DNA from: a virus
Taxonomy: Duplodnaviria; Caudoviricetes
Virus record (IMG/VR): IMGVR_UViG_3300012983_000045
Span: 7,875-71,874 of that record
Strand: one strand, 5' to 3'
DNA length: 64,000 nucleotides
In this document: one piece after another, positions 15,201-26,871 of the stretch
Numbering within the stretch: position 1 is the stretch's first letter
Layout: each line of letters begins with the position of its first letter
Position numbers and translations under genes: made by a program
The notes under the pieces: generated by a model
Told to the model about the DNA's origin: nothing
Databases searched by the model: none
Seen by the model: only the letters and a program-made list of their open reading frames with translations

Positions 15201-18200
15201 GCATTAATCTCTGCCCATTGGGATTCTGTAGCCTTATTCCCAGCATTTTGAATATTCTCAAAAATGTCACGAATTTTTTTCTCTTGTGCCTCAAGAGCTT
15301 TAATATCTGATTCAGGAAGTTTTACTCCAGCATTTTCAACATATTTCTTTTTTAAATTATCTAAATTCCCCCTCTACGTAATTAATTTAGCATTTGTTCT
15401 TTCTGCCTATTTTTGAGCATCCCTATCTCTTTTTTCATTTTCTTTAATTGCCTATACCCATGCATTATCATACTGCATTTCTCGTTTTTTTTGCAATTCT
15501 GCCTCAGTTAAACGGCCTGCTTCAATTCTTCTTTTTTTAAAATCCTGTACTTGTGGGCTATCTGGCAAATAGCCATTTTCTTTATAATATGTATCTAATT
15601 CTGTTTGTGCTTCGTGTAATTGGGTTCCCAATATCTACAATTTTTTCTACAAACCTTCTATTGGTTTCCCAAGGGATTCTGCGTTATATATATCCTCATA
15701 TGTTTTTATAATTTGTTGATCGAGAGATATAATTTCTTTTTCAAGTGCCTCAAATGAAGTGGTTATTGACTCGACTTCATATGATTGTCCTTCTTCGTCT
15801 TCTTTCATTCGTACTGTTCTAATTTGCTGCCTGCCTGTTCTTTCCTTATATTGACTAAGCTCGCCATCAACATCTGTTTGACTTATATAAACACCATTAC
15901 GCGGAGATTTATTTTTAGGCTCTTCTACCTTTTCTTGTTCTTTCTAAAGCGCCTACAATTCTTTGCGTAATTCTTCAAGCGCCTATTCCGCATTTATACC
16001 ATCATCCGAAATCTTATTCATGCAAGATTGCCAAATAATAGGAATTTGTTCAACCGTCACACCAAATTCTTCAAGAATTTCTTTTGAGCCTTTAACGAAT
16101 TTTGTAGTATTTTCCTATAATGGAGTAGTAAACTCGGTTCCAGATTGAATACCGTCAAAAGCTTCTCTTATTTTTTTGCCAATATTCCCAACATCAAGAT
16201 CATTTGCTTTTAATATTTCCGCTATAATCTCTTCAATGGTTGATTCGCCTTTGTGCATTACTTCCATTAATTGTTTCCAATTCTAAACTTCATTGTCGTC
16301 AACCACATTGAAAACTGTATAGAGTCCTGCTTTTTCGTTCATTTCACTTAGAATTTCTGGTAATTTTATTCCTCCATTATTTACCATTACATTAAACCCT
16401 AAGCTTTGCCTATCATTATTCCAATCGTCTCCAGATTCTTCTCTATATTCTGGTAATATTTGTATGTGTCTTCCTTTTAAATACTTCCTTATTCTTTGAG
16501 CATCTGTTTGATATTGATCATCCTTTGTTTCTTTTATTAAATTTTTATCATCTTCTAAAATGTTTTTTATAGAACTTAAATCTAAATCTTCTCCATTTTC
16601 TAATGTTTTAAACATCTCTTTAAACGAACCGGTTAATTTTTCTACAGTTTTTTGTGTAAGCCCTAATTTTTCTCCAATATCCTAAGCAAGCCGAGTAGCA
16701 GCATCGGAATATTTTTCAAGATTATCTTCCTCTTGTGAAACTGGAGTTTCATTAGATTTATATCTTTCTTCGACATTACGTCTTGCCTATTCCCACGCTT
16801 CTCGTTGCAGATTTTGTTCTGTTTCGTATCTTTCTTCTAATACAGGAATTGTTGCTTCAATTTCTGCGCGTTCTTCTTTTAGTTCTTCTATTCTTTCTCT
16901 ATATCCTCGCCTTTTTTCTTCAACCTATTTATCGAATTCTTCCCCTTTTGGTGTCATATCTTCGCCAAACAATCTAGAATAATCCTTATAAAACAATTTT
17001 AATTCTTGTTCGGCATTTTCTATACTGGTTGTACATCTTGTAATTATTTCATCTATTTCATTTATTCTATTTTCTGCCGCATCAAGGTTGTCTTCAACTA
17101 TCTATCCTTTATTAACATCATAAATTTTTTCAAATTCTTTTTGTATTTCAGCGCGTTTATTTTGCTCATCAATTATACCTTGAATTCGATCATCTTCCGA
17201 CTTGTCCCATACTTCTCCGGCAGCATAATTACGTTTTTCCAGCATGTCACTTTGCTTTTCAAGTTCGTCAGTAATATTAGCCTATAAAATGGACTCCTCT
17301 TTTAAATCATATATAACAGTTCCATACGTTGTATCAGCGTAACGTGTTCCCCTAGTATCTACGCCGCCATATCCAAGAGACTTCATGAATTGAGTTGAAA
17401 CACTATCTTTTCTATCTTCAAAGCTAGAATTTTCCATATAATTTTCTAGCTCGGACAATTTTGCCGCAAATTCATTTATATTCAATACAGATTTTCCAAA
17501 AACATCTTCAAATTGATTAAATAATTCAATAATAGAATACCTTCGCTCGCCTTGAGTATATCTGGTTAAATGCTATAAAAAATCATGTAATTTACCAGCC
17601 AAATCATCATTGTTTCGTGCATCAAAAAGATTGTCGTATTTTGATATATCAACACTTGTAAATGGAAGTTTTGAGTAATTATTACTATCCATTAATTTAT
17701 GTTTTGTTGCTGCATCTACAAAATAATGTCCAGTGCCAAAATATCCAGTTCCACGATTAGATCCATAAAATCTGCCATTTGTTTCCGCTTTATTCAATCT
17801 AGACACAATACCTGCATGATAAATAACATCATCAATCGCAGCTGCCGTTTTTTTTGTTTCTTCTCTTGCTTTTTTCATACTATCAGTTATTCTTGATCCA
17901 TCCATGGAACTTCCCATAGAATTTGTTAATGTAGGTAGAACAGTAGGAGTAGGATTACTCATAGTCGTTTTTGTATCAGTAACAATCCTTCCATCCGGTC
18001 GTTCTCTACTAACTGAATGATGTTGTTCTGTTTGCGTACCAACAGGCTTTTTAATTTCTGTTTCATCAGCCAATTCGCCTTTTACTTTAATTCGATAATC
18101 TCCAGAGTCTAAAGCTTCTTGAATTTGATTTGGTAATGATATTTCAGAATCTAAACCTATTTTTATTGGATATACATTTCCCTCGTCGATGGCTTCCTAT

Positions 18201-21130
18201 ACTTTCTCTTTTATTCCTCCATCTACGACTTCTTTACCAGATTTATTCATTGCACCAGATAGAGCCTCTGATAAATCTTGTGCAGCCTTTGCAACCTATT
18301 CCATCTTATCAAGCAATTCGCTTAAAAATGATGTTATTCCACCGTCCTCGGCTTCTTTAATTCCAAAACCATCTTTAAAAATCTTTTGTAGATTTTCAAA
18401 AGCATCAGTAAGGCTTTTTATATCCTATTCATAATCTTTTATATTACCAAGTTTGGCAATATAATCCATAAACCCAAGATCTTCTTCTGACTATTCGCTC
18501 TTTTTACCTATGCCATATAAATTTCTAATGTTCTTACGTAAAGTTGACATATCTCCTTTTGGAGAACCCGACCCTTTAAGATACTTATATACAGAATAAT
18601 AAGGACTTGTTTTCTATGCTTCTTTAACTAAACCTTTATTCTGTTCTTTCCATTCATCAAACGTTCCTTTAAATTTCTTAGCTTCTATGTCGCCTCGAAA
18701 ATTGTCCTATAACTATTTCCATACCTAATCATTTACTAACTCTTCTGTTGCAGTGGTAACATCCTTTAAAAACGACATAATAGAACGAATACGTTCCTCA
18801 ACATTGGTATATTGATTAACAACGCTAGATTTTGATAATGCCGCAACAACATCTTTTCCTGCATATTGTTCTCTAAGAGTCGAAGAATTTAACAGACCAA
18901 CCATAAATTGCTATGCGTCATTTATTAATGGATCTTGTTCTTTAAATATTGAAAGTACTTTATCATATGCCCTTTCATATCTCTCTGCTTGCTCTCTCCA
19001 ATAGTTTTCCTCTTCCTTTTTTTGTTTATTAGCACCGTTGGCGTCAACATAATAATTTGTTGGACTATTTGTAGCACGAGGCTTAGAAACCATTTCTCTA
19101 AGAGACTTCTGATTTTCACGCATTCTTTTTGTGGTGCCTTCACCAATAACACCAATTGATTTAGAGATATTTGTCAACGTAGAATTCAAATCTTCTAAAC
19201 TTTTTCTAAACCCCTAAACACTATCTACATTAAAAGCATTATCAATAATATTTCCCAAATCTCTAAACTGAGAGAGAAGAGAAGTAATGCCAGATTCATC
19301 ATCTATTTTCCCAAATGCATCAGAGATGTTATTAATCTGTGCAACAAGATCCTAGAGTAATTGAATTAAAACTGCGATTTCGTCAGTACCCCAAGATTCT
19401 CCTGGTTTAAAATTTAACGTCGCTTCACTTAATTGTTTATTAACATACTCTATAAGTTCGCCATATGTTTGGAGTTTATCATAATCATCAATTAAATAAT
19501 CAGTATAAGACTTTACACCATTGTCATCTTGATTATCAACATAGCTCGTGTATCGTTCAATATCATCTTCGATTTCTCTTTCTACATCTTGTTTTCTTCG
19601 AATTAATTGAGAGAGTACATCCTGTAAATGACTTATCCTATTTTCGGCATCACTATCAATGTTTTCAATATATGAATAATTCGCTTGATTATAGTCCCAA
19701 TCATCTTCTATATTCTTTTTTTTATATTTCTAATAAGCCCGACTTCTTATTTCTTCCACAGATTCATATGCTTTTCTCTGTCTCTCTACTGCTCTTTCTA
19801 TTCTTTCGGTTTCTTCTTCAAAGTCATCCGACAGATCATCATATATGTCATCACCAGAATTCCCACGCATCTCATTATTTATATCTTCTTGTTGTTTAAT
19901 TATAAATTCTTTCTGTTTTTGAAGTTTTTCGGCGAACTCTTTATATAGAGCATCAACATCTGCCGTATCCTCCTCGGCTCGTTTTTTATAATCAGATAAC
20001 CATGATTGAGTACCATATTCTTTAAAATCTTCATTCCCAAGAATTAAATCTTCCATTTGTTTTGATCTTTTTTCACGATGTTCTTTTGCAGTTCTTTCAT
20101 ATTCTTTTCTCTAATCCTCAATTTGTTTTCTAAAATTCTATATATAGTTATCTCTTTCAAACGAAGAGTCATAGACATTATTTAATATATCTCTAGATTC
20201 AGAAACCTAAGCTTTCGCAAGACCATTTTCTTTTGGTATCTCATCGGATAATATACGCAATTCATCCCTTAACTGGTTGGCTTCATTTCGTAATTGCTAC
20301 ATTCTTTCTATTTGACTATCAAAATAAGCATCGTTACCGCTACTGTCGAGTTCTTGTCCCATTACTTCAGTCATGGCTTCTTTTAATTCTTCTGCTCTTT
20401 TTTGTATTTCATTTAACCGCTTTTCTGTATTCTACCATGCCTATTCCGCTTCTCTTGCTTGTTGCTCTAGTTCTGCAGCTTCAATTATGCTCTTTTCCGC
20501 AGGATTCCAATGTTCATTAAAATATCTGCTTGCAGTGCCTCTGAGTTTATCATTTGCATCTATGGCCATCTATTTCTGTTTTGCTGATGTTAATTGGTTG
20601 TTTTTATCTGGAGCAAGATATCCGCTACTAATCGCCATCCCGGTTCTTAGAGACTCCTATAATCTACTAAACATATCAGAAATACGACCATCAATTTCTT
20701 TGCCAACTTTTTCATAATATTGACCAAGCTCATGGTAGTTTCTGAAAAAATTTTGAACTTCTCTGCTTGTTAGTTTTAAACCTTCGTTATTTAATTTTGA
20801 ATATGTAGATTGTAAAGAAGATTCAAGTTCTTTTACTCTGCTCTATATATCGGAACTATTAAATATGTCCTAATCAGAAATTCCAAATTCTATCTTTTTT
20901 CTTGATTTTTTATCTAATTTATTCTATGTTTTAATTATTTGTGCTGCAGCTTTTTCCATATCATCTGATACTTCTGTATAATTTTGATTTATTTCGTAAG
21001 TAGTGCTCTAATTTTGTAATTTCCCCTATGCTTCTGCAAGTTTATCTATTGCTCCAGTCAATTTCTCTATGCTAGAAACCGCATCTTCGATTCTTTTATT
21101 TCCGCTTCCATTGCTTATTATTTTCGACAT
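277..21130 (-). CDS. Giant tape measure protein, ~6,428 aa, join(21130..3799, 2231..277), read with TAG=Gln
   Basis: All 15 listed minus-strand fragments in this frame from 20056 to 4604 end in TAG. The four fragments below the intron share a second frame, reached by removing 3798..2232. The TP901-type tape-measure core (LDTQLTEMRKVS...AGNQVLQNPQMVGQSLRTISLRL) is at ~13400-12850. Real stop TAA at 279-277. Absence of TAA/TGA was spot-checked, not exhaustively verified. Confidence 0.85.
2232..3798 (-). mobile_element. Group I intron (1,567 nt) in the tape measure gene
   Basis: P1: exon AAGCGU pairs with GCGCUU with a U.G at the splice site. R element GTTCAACGACTA and S element GAAGATATAGTCT are present. 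Terminal G at 2232. Splicing gives in-frame KKA-Y-YDYNKTLK. Confidence 0.85.
2335..3549 (-). CDS. Intron-encoded homing endonuclease (Cys/Zn repeats plus Vsr/DUF559-like PD-(D/E)xK C-terminus), TAG-recoded, 404 aa
   Basis: ATG at 3549 after GGAGG. One frame through several TAGs joins track ORFs 3094..3345 and 2335..2799. C-terminal RFDFFL...IEFDGIYH motif. Sits between the R and S elements. Confidence 0.75.
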
Positions 21131-21147
21131 TTAATCACCACCTTACA

Positions 21148-21732
21148 TTATATACTATATAAAATATTCTAAATTTTAGTCAAATACGGTTCCAAAATAT
21201 CCATAGCAGTGTCACCATACTCTTGTTCTACCTTATCCAAATAATCCCCAGATTCTTCAATGATAGTTTCTTCTGCCGATGGACCACTTGTGGCGGGTTT
21301 ATACCATTTACCGTGAAGCTTCCACCATGGTTGACCTGGGTCTGGATGTCCTGGGCCATCATCTGCCCCCCCATGAAATCCTCTCACAAATGAATTTTCA
21401 AAAATATAATCTGTAGCAACTCTATAACTAGTTTCCATAAATTGTTCACCAGTTTCAATACTCCATTCTTCATTTGTGGCCGTTACTCGATATGCAGACA
21501 AAAGACCTTCTTGTCTTTTATAAATATGAGGAGGATATGAATCATAAAAAGCAACAACAGCATTTTCCGCAATTAAATCCAAATTAAATCTCACTCGTTT
21601 ATTAAATGCCGGTCTTATTGTTTCGTATATTACATCAACGGCTGTTTTAATATCATTCCCGGCTTTTACAAGGGCTGATACTTTAGAATAATAATCTATT
21701 CCAAAATCAATTGTTACGCTGGTTTTTTCCAA
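21148..21732 (-). CDS. Conserved phage tail-region protein (possibly HK97 gp10-like)
   Basis: Track ORF 21169..21732 extends through a TAG to TAA at 21150-21148; TTG start after GGAGG; immediately upstream of the tape measure gene. Confidence 0.6.
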
Positions 21733-21945
21733 AATAACACACCTCCAATATCTAATCTAAAAATAAAACTCTAATCCTTTTCAACATCTTCTATAAACCA
21801 CGGAATAATCCTTTCAAATATAAAAAACATTGAAAAGAATTCGAAATATAAAAAGCGGGAGAGTGCGCAAATTAATACGCACCCTCCAATATATAAAAAC
21901 GTCAGGAATACCATATTATTAATTAGTAACTACGTATTTTATAAA

Positions 21946-22368
21946 TCACATTTCGTGGTTCATCTGGTCAATAAGTCTTTGAATAGACTCTTTATCCTTT
22001 TGATCACTTGCCTCATTCATAATACCGTGAAGCTTCTCAATCATGTGTTTCTTTCCATCGTCTCTGCTATATCCACCACGACGTCCACCACGGCGAGAAT
22101 ATCCACCATATTCATAACTAGAACCGTCATTATAATAACCACGACGATTTGAATATCCGCCATTATTAGGCATATTCCAGTTATCAAACGAATACCCATC
22201 CTCGGTTACGCTAACTCCTTCTTCAAACATTTCAACGGAGCCAATATCTTTAAGGATGTCTACTAATTCACCAATGATACATACAGTTTCTTTGGAAAGT
22301 TTATCTCTATGAGAGACTTCATCTAACTCATCATAAATCATATCTTTAATCCGATCAAATTCTTTCAT
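21946..22368 (-). CDS. Hypothetical protein with Gly/Tyr/Arg-rich (RGG-like) low-complexity segment
   Basis: Intact 140-aa ORF with GGYSRRGGRRGGYSRDD; GGAGG RBS. Confidence 0.8.
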   Translation of the reverse strand: MKEFDRIKDMIYDELDEVSHRDKLSKETVCIIGELVDILKDIGSVEMFEEGVSVTEDGYSFDNWNMPNNGGYSNRRGYYNDGSSYEYGGYSRRGGRRGGYSRDDGKKHMIEKLHGIMNEASDQKDKESIQRLIDQMNHEM

Positions 22369-22382
22369 GTTATCCTCCTCCC

Positions 22383-22853
22383 TTATCTAGTAACCGCCAA
22401 ATCAGGCCGAGAGAAGATTACATTTGCGTTCTGAACAAGAATCGGCTGATCACTCGTATTTCTAATAGTTACTGTTTCACAACATCCATTCCAGATTTCG
22501 GCATTAATCGCTCTCGATACATTAAAGAACTATTCAACAGCAGCCGGAGTTACAATCATTGTGGAAGATGGAATAGTACTTCCGTCAATAGTGATTGATA
22601 GCTGAATAGATCCAACAGTTCCGCCGGTAGGGATTGCAATATTAGCACCAAAATCAACAAGGTACTGTGCAGACCTTGCTCTTCTACATGGACACAAACG
22701 TCCCTAATTTGGAACGAATCCGCTTAAAAGAAAGTTTCCAGTATCATCGCGATGTCTGATAAAACCGCGAGGACAAGGAACCGGGGTTTCTGTAAAAATA
22801 ACAGATTCTCCCGGATTAACCGTTTGAAGGCTGTTATTACTATACTCGGCCAT
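22383..22853 (-). CDS. Beta-rich hypothetical protein, possibly BclA-C/C1q-like fold, TAG-recoded, 156 aa
   Basis: MAEYSNNSLQTVNPGESVIFTETPVPCPRGFIRHRDDTGNFLL...YLVDFGANIAIP...; open only with TAG read-through; ends TAA. Confidence 0.7.
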
Positions 22854-22867
22854 TACATTACCCCCTC

Positions 22868-23572
22868 TCAAGCATTACATCCACACATGTTCGTATAATA
22901 ATTTCCACAACAATTAGGATTTTGTACCATATATGCAGGACGTGGAACAGGAGCGAGATACTGTTCAAGAGCAGTTGTCTGGGCTTCATTATTGGCAATT
23001 ATTGCAGCAGTTTGTGCATTCTGAGAAGCTGCGAGATTAGCCATTGTGAGTTGATTCCGAAGAGCCTAAATTTGTTCGTTCTTCTGATCTATCTTATCCT
23101 AACACATCTGGTCGAGGATTCTCTAAGTAGAGGCATTATTTGCGGAAATTACATCCTGTAATGCCTGTGCAACAGCAGCCCTATCTGCACATGCTTCTGT
23201 AGCTACGGTGTATTTAAGGTCGGCAGTAGCAGCACGATTCTCACAACAGCAGTTCTACTGAGCCATAGCAATGGTATTCATCTGATTGGTTAAGTTCGCA
23301 AGAGTATTGGCGCGAGAAATCTCTGCACCGGCAAGGCTATTATTAATACCATTAATACCAGCCATAATTGCAGCTTGGTCAAAACCATTCTGAATATCAC
23401 ATTGTGTAGCAAATGCAGCAGCATTACCATTTCCACCAAAATTATTTCCCCATCCATTATTTGCAAAGATGAGAAGAATCAAAAGCCACCATGCGCCATT
23501 ATTACCAAAATTATCATTATTACCCATAACAGCTGCCAAATCAGCAGCACTCATATTATCAGTCAGACCCAT
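22868..23572 (-). CDS. Asn/Gln/Ala/Cys-rich protein with a short hydrophobic segment (spore-coat-like), TAG-recoded, 234 aa
   Basis: Track ORF 23255..23572 continues through 4 TAGs (AQ*NCCCENR...) to TGA at 22870-22868; C-terminus NCCGNYYTNMCGCNA. Confidence 0.8.
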
Positions 23573-23632
23573 AATTTTCCTCCCTATAAAATAGAAGATA
23601 TTCCTGACATTCTTACCAATAAGACAGTTATT

Positions 23633-24193
23633 TTAACCTTGAGTTTTATTTATCTGAGATAATAAATCTTTAACGGTATCTTCATTAAATTGATCAATCA
23701 ATGGTTTAATAGTAGTACCAATTAATGAACCAAATCTTTCTACTTGATTTCTTATAAATGAATGTATTTCATATTCATTTGTCAATAAGTCGTCAACTGT
23801 CATCTATATAATCATATTAAATTCTTTTAATTCTCTTTGTTGAATATTTTGTATGAGTGCATCAAAAATTCCATATCCATTTAAAATATTAAAATCTTCG
23901 AGCATCTTCCCTTCATTTTTGTTTCTTTCAATATCAGTATACAAATCAAGTAATGACATACATGTCAACATATATTTAGCAATAGAATCTGCTCGGAACT
24001 TTTGCACCTCATTGCCATTTATGTCTTTTTCTTTTACATAATAAGACGCTTGAACAATAGCCTTTGCAATATCAGCCTTTTTCTCAAACGGAACATAATC
24101 CGATTTAATATGTTCTTTTAAAAAATCTGTCTTTTCTTCATCTGTTTTTCTAAATTTATACGCTGTAATAAAAGCAGTTAATTTTGTACTCAT
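23633..24193 (-). CDS. Putative tail assembly chaperone-like protein, 186 aa
   Basis: Track ORF 23804..24193 extends through one TAG to TAA at 23635-23633. Function inferred only from its position ahead of the tape measure gene. Confidence 0.55.
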
Positions 24194-24211
24194 AGTATTT
24201 CTCCTTTTAAA

Positions 24212-24475
24212 TCACATATTATTAATTAAATTTTCCGCGTTACGCAAACCTTGTGCGTTACCATTATTAATCAAATACTGTGCAATTTGCACTGGATTAT
24301 TTTTGTACTTCTATAGTTCGTTATATTGCATTTGATTGATTTTACCATTATTTAATAAAATATCTAATATATACCCTGGGTTATTTTGTAACTACCTATA
24401 TTGTGTTAACAATCCCACCAATCCATTATTTCGCGGCTATGGTGCTCCAAAACGATTAAACAGATGATTTGCCAT
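24212..24475 (-). CDS. Small Asn/Gln-rich hypothetical protein, TAG-recoded, 87 aa
   Basis: MANHLFNRFGAP*PRNNG...LLNNGKINQMQYNEL*KY...; three TAGs; ends TGA; absent from the track. Confidence 0.7.
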
Positions 24476-24926
24476 TATGATTCACATCCCTTCTGTTATT
24501 TTGTTTTGATTTCATAGTATCCAATCTTTTAGTAATATCATTTATTTGATTCTGCAAAGCATCAACCTATTCAATTGTTGCATAATTGCATACCTAAACA
24601 TTATCCTAATTCGCATTACGATCAGTATAATCTAAAATAGTTACACTTGGTCGTCCTGTTTGATCCGCAGATTTAATATATACTACTTGTTCATCTCTAT
24701 CCCATAATGCAACCGTAGCCCCTGGTTGAATTTGATAAGATTCAACTTCAGACATACCCTTTACCCATATAAGACTATTCTGTTGATATATGGATTGAGG
24801 TTGAGACACCATCTACGGATTCTATGGTGCAAAATTAATTCCACCTACTTGTGGCTGATAATATCCATTATTTGTAGGATAATTGACAGCTTGATACGTT
24901 GCAGGAAAATTATTAAAATTAGCCAT
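24456..24926 (-). CDS. Gln/Pro/Asn-rich hypothetical protein, TAG-recoded, 156 aa
   Basis: ATG at 24926 after GAGGAG; includes track ORF 24606..24812 (LIWVKG...VALWD...YIKSAD..GRPS); ends TAA at 24458-24456. Confidence 0.75.
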
Positions 24927-25308
24927 TTTCACTCCTCTTTTCCCAGTAATAAATTACTACTTCATTTGAGCTATCCCATGAATCATATATATGTTTATCC
25001 ACGGCTATAACATGTGTTCCAGTGGCAACTATATATTTCCCATTAGGATGATCTTTTACAAAATCTTTTAACGTATAACAATCTGGACAAGTGTCTGGAA
25101 GATTTCTTCTAACAAATCCTTTAGATTTTAAATATGACCCTATAACATAATTAGAGGATGGCATATCACATAACAAAAATCCTTCAGACACCAAATCGGT
25201 ATAAGACTTTTCCCAATCATCATTATTAATAATTTTAGAGATAGCTCGTATTGCACAATCTCCCACAAGTTTTCCCTGTGGATTTGGATTATAAAAAATA
25301 TAAGACAT
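24919..25308 (-). CDS. Conserved hypothetical protein (YNPNP..K.VGDC.IRA type)
   Basis: Intact 129-aa ORF with a Cys (GDC) and a His (GTHV) that could form a peptidase-like dyad. Confidence 0.75.
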   Translation of the reverse strand: MSYIFYNPNPQGKLVGDCAIRAISKIINNDDWEKSYTDLVSEGFLLCDMPSSNYVIGSYLKSKGFVRRNLPDTCPDCYTLKDFVKDHPNGKYIVATGTHVIAVDKHIYDSWDSSNEVVIYYWEKRSENG

Positions 25309-25317
25309 GTAAATTCC

Positions 25318-26415
25318 TCATTCTATTGTTTTAATTATTATTTCTTGCCTTGGGTTATCCTTATCGTATCCCATAATTTGAAATAGATAATTTGAATTCA
25401 TACAAAAATCTTTATTAAATGTATAATTATCTATACTATGTTTTTTATTAGATTCCCAGTTATCTATCCAACCATATGTTCGCTAGATACGTAAATAAAG
25501 CTCATCTTTTATTATAATTAATCTAGAAAATTCTAAAGGATATTGTTCGGCAAACAACTATAATCTTAATTTCGATTTTTGATCCATCCATCCTTTGATT
25601 TCTATCCATAAATCATAATCTGGTAAATAAAAATCTGGTTGATAACTCATGACGCCATTAATATTTTCAGAAAAGAAAAATCTTTTATATTCATATTTCC
25701 AACTAATGTTTAAAAAGTTAAAAACCCTAGCTATATTGGCTTCCCACGAACTTCTAAAATACTGATTTAAATCTTCTCGTTTTCCTCCTTTACATCTAGA
25801 ATATGAGTTTTCAGTCGTTGTATATCCGCCGTTCTTTATTCTTGTTTCTACGGCTTTCATTGCAATGGCGTGTTTTTCGTCGTAGGACATTTCTGAAGCT
25901 AATTTATAGTGAGATTCAGACATTCTTTTTCTCGCATCATCGCTATGATGTTTACCGGGCATGCCTTTAGGATGCCCATTTTCTTTCCAATATTCTGATG
26001 TTGTCTATGATAGTTTTAAGCGTACTTCATTCTAAAACTTATCAGACTCGTGGTATAATTTTATACTATTTCTAACCTTTTCAATAAATACCTCATTTGG
26101 CTTTCTTTTACCATTAGTTAGACCAGCATCTTTTGCAACCCGAGAAATAGTTATAAGCGATCTTTCAAGTTTTTTAGCCAGATAATTTAAATCTAAATAT
26201 TCTCCAACATGTGCGTTATAATAATCAATTATGACCTGTTTTTCTTCTTCCGTTACTGGTTTAGCCCCTAAATAATTTAAACCAAGCTTGCTCTTCATCG
26301 CTCTAATACTGTTAGAAGATCTATTTAAATAATCTCCAATTGTATCTACGGTTTCTCCTTGATCATATAGTTGTATTAATATATTTTTCTCATCTTCCGT
26401 CCATTCTTTTGCCAT
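25318..26415 (-). CDS. Free-standing endonuclease (HTH/Myb-like repeats, NUMOD3, PD-(D/E)xK), TAG-recoded, 365 aa
   Basis: Track ORFs 26032..26415 and 25558..25962 are in one frame separated by TAGs. Motifs GKHHSDDARKRMSESH and YQPDFYL...IEIKGW. Stop TGA at 25320-25318. Confidence 0.7.
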
Positions 26416-26432
26416 AAAACACCTCTAACTAA

Positions 26433-26870
26433 TCAAATTTCCATAATCAAAAATTCAGTCCTCGGATTCTCTTTATCATAACCACCACTTATCACAAGCT
26501 TAACAAGATTGTTACAATTATCATCAATAATCATCTATGTTTCTGTAAATGCATCTGCAAGTAATTTTACTCCACCGACACAATTGTCTAAATCAAATCG
26601 ACGTTTTGTTGGCATATACACATTTACCTACATTATAAATTTGTCCAATTTTAAATTTTCAAAACCATAGTGCTTAACCACCCATATTCCAAACTCTTTA
26701 TATTTTGCCTTTAAAGCAGCCATCTAAATTCTCTGTAATATTAATATCTAATTCAATGTCGGCATTATTGGTTTCTCTATTGGTTTCTTTTTAGCTCTTG
26801 GGTGTTGTTTGAAATAATATTTATTATATTCATCAACTAGTTTTTGGTCTATAATTAACTTATACTCCAT
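26433..26870 (-). CDS. RusA-like Holliday junction resolvase, TAG-recoded, 145 aa
   Basis: MEYKLIIDQK...TKRRFDLDNCVGGVKLLADAF...IIDDN; D-x-D-N, D and DD acidic pattern of RusA; four TAGs; ends TGA. Confidence 0.65.
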
Positions 26871-26871
26871 A

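Noticed and set aside
23633-24193. Programmed -1 frameshift typical of tail assembly chaperones
   Set aside because: No convincing slippery site found; the apparent two-part structure is explained by a single TAG read-through.
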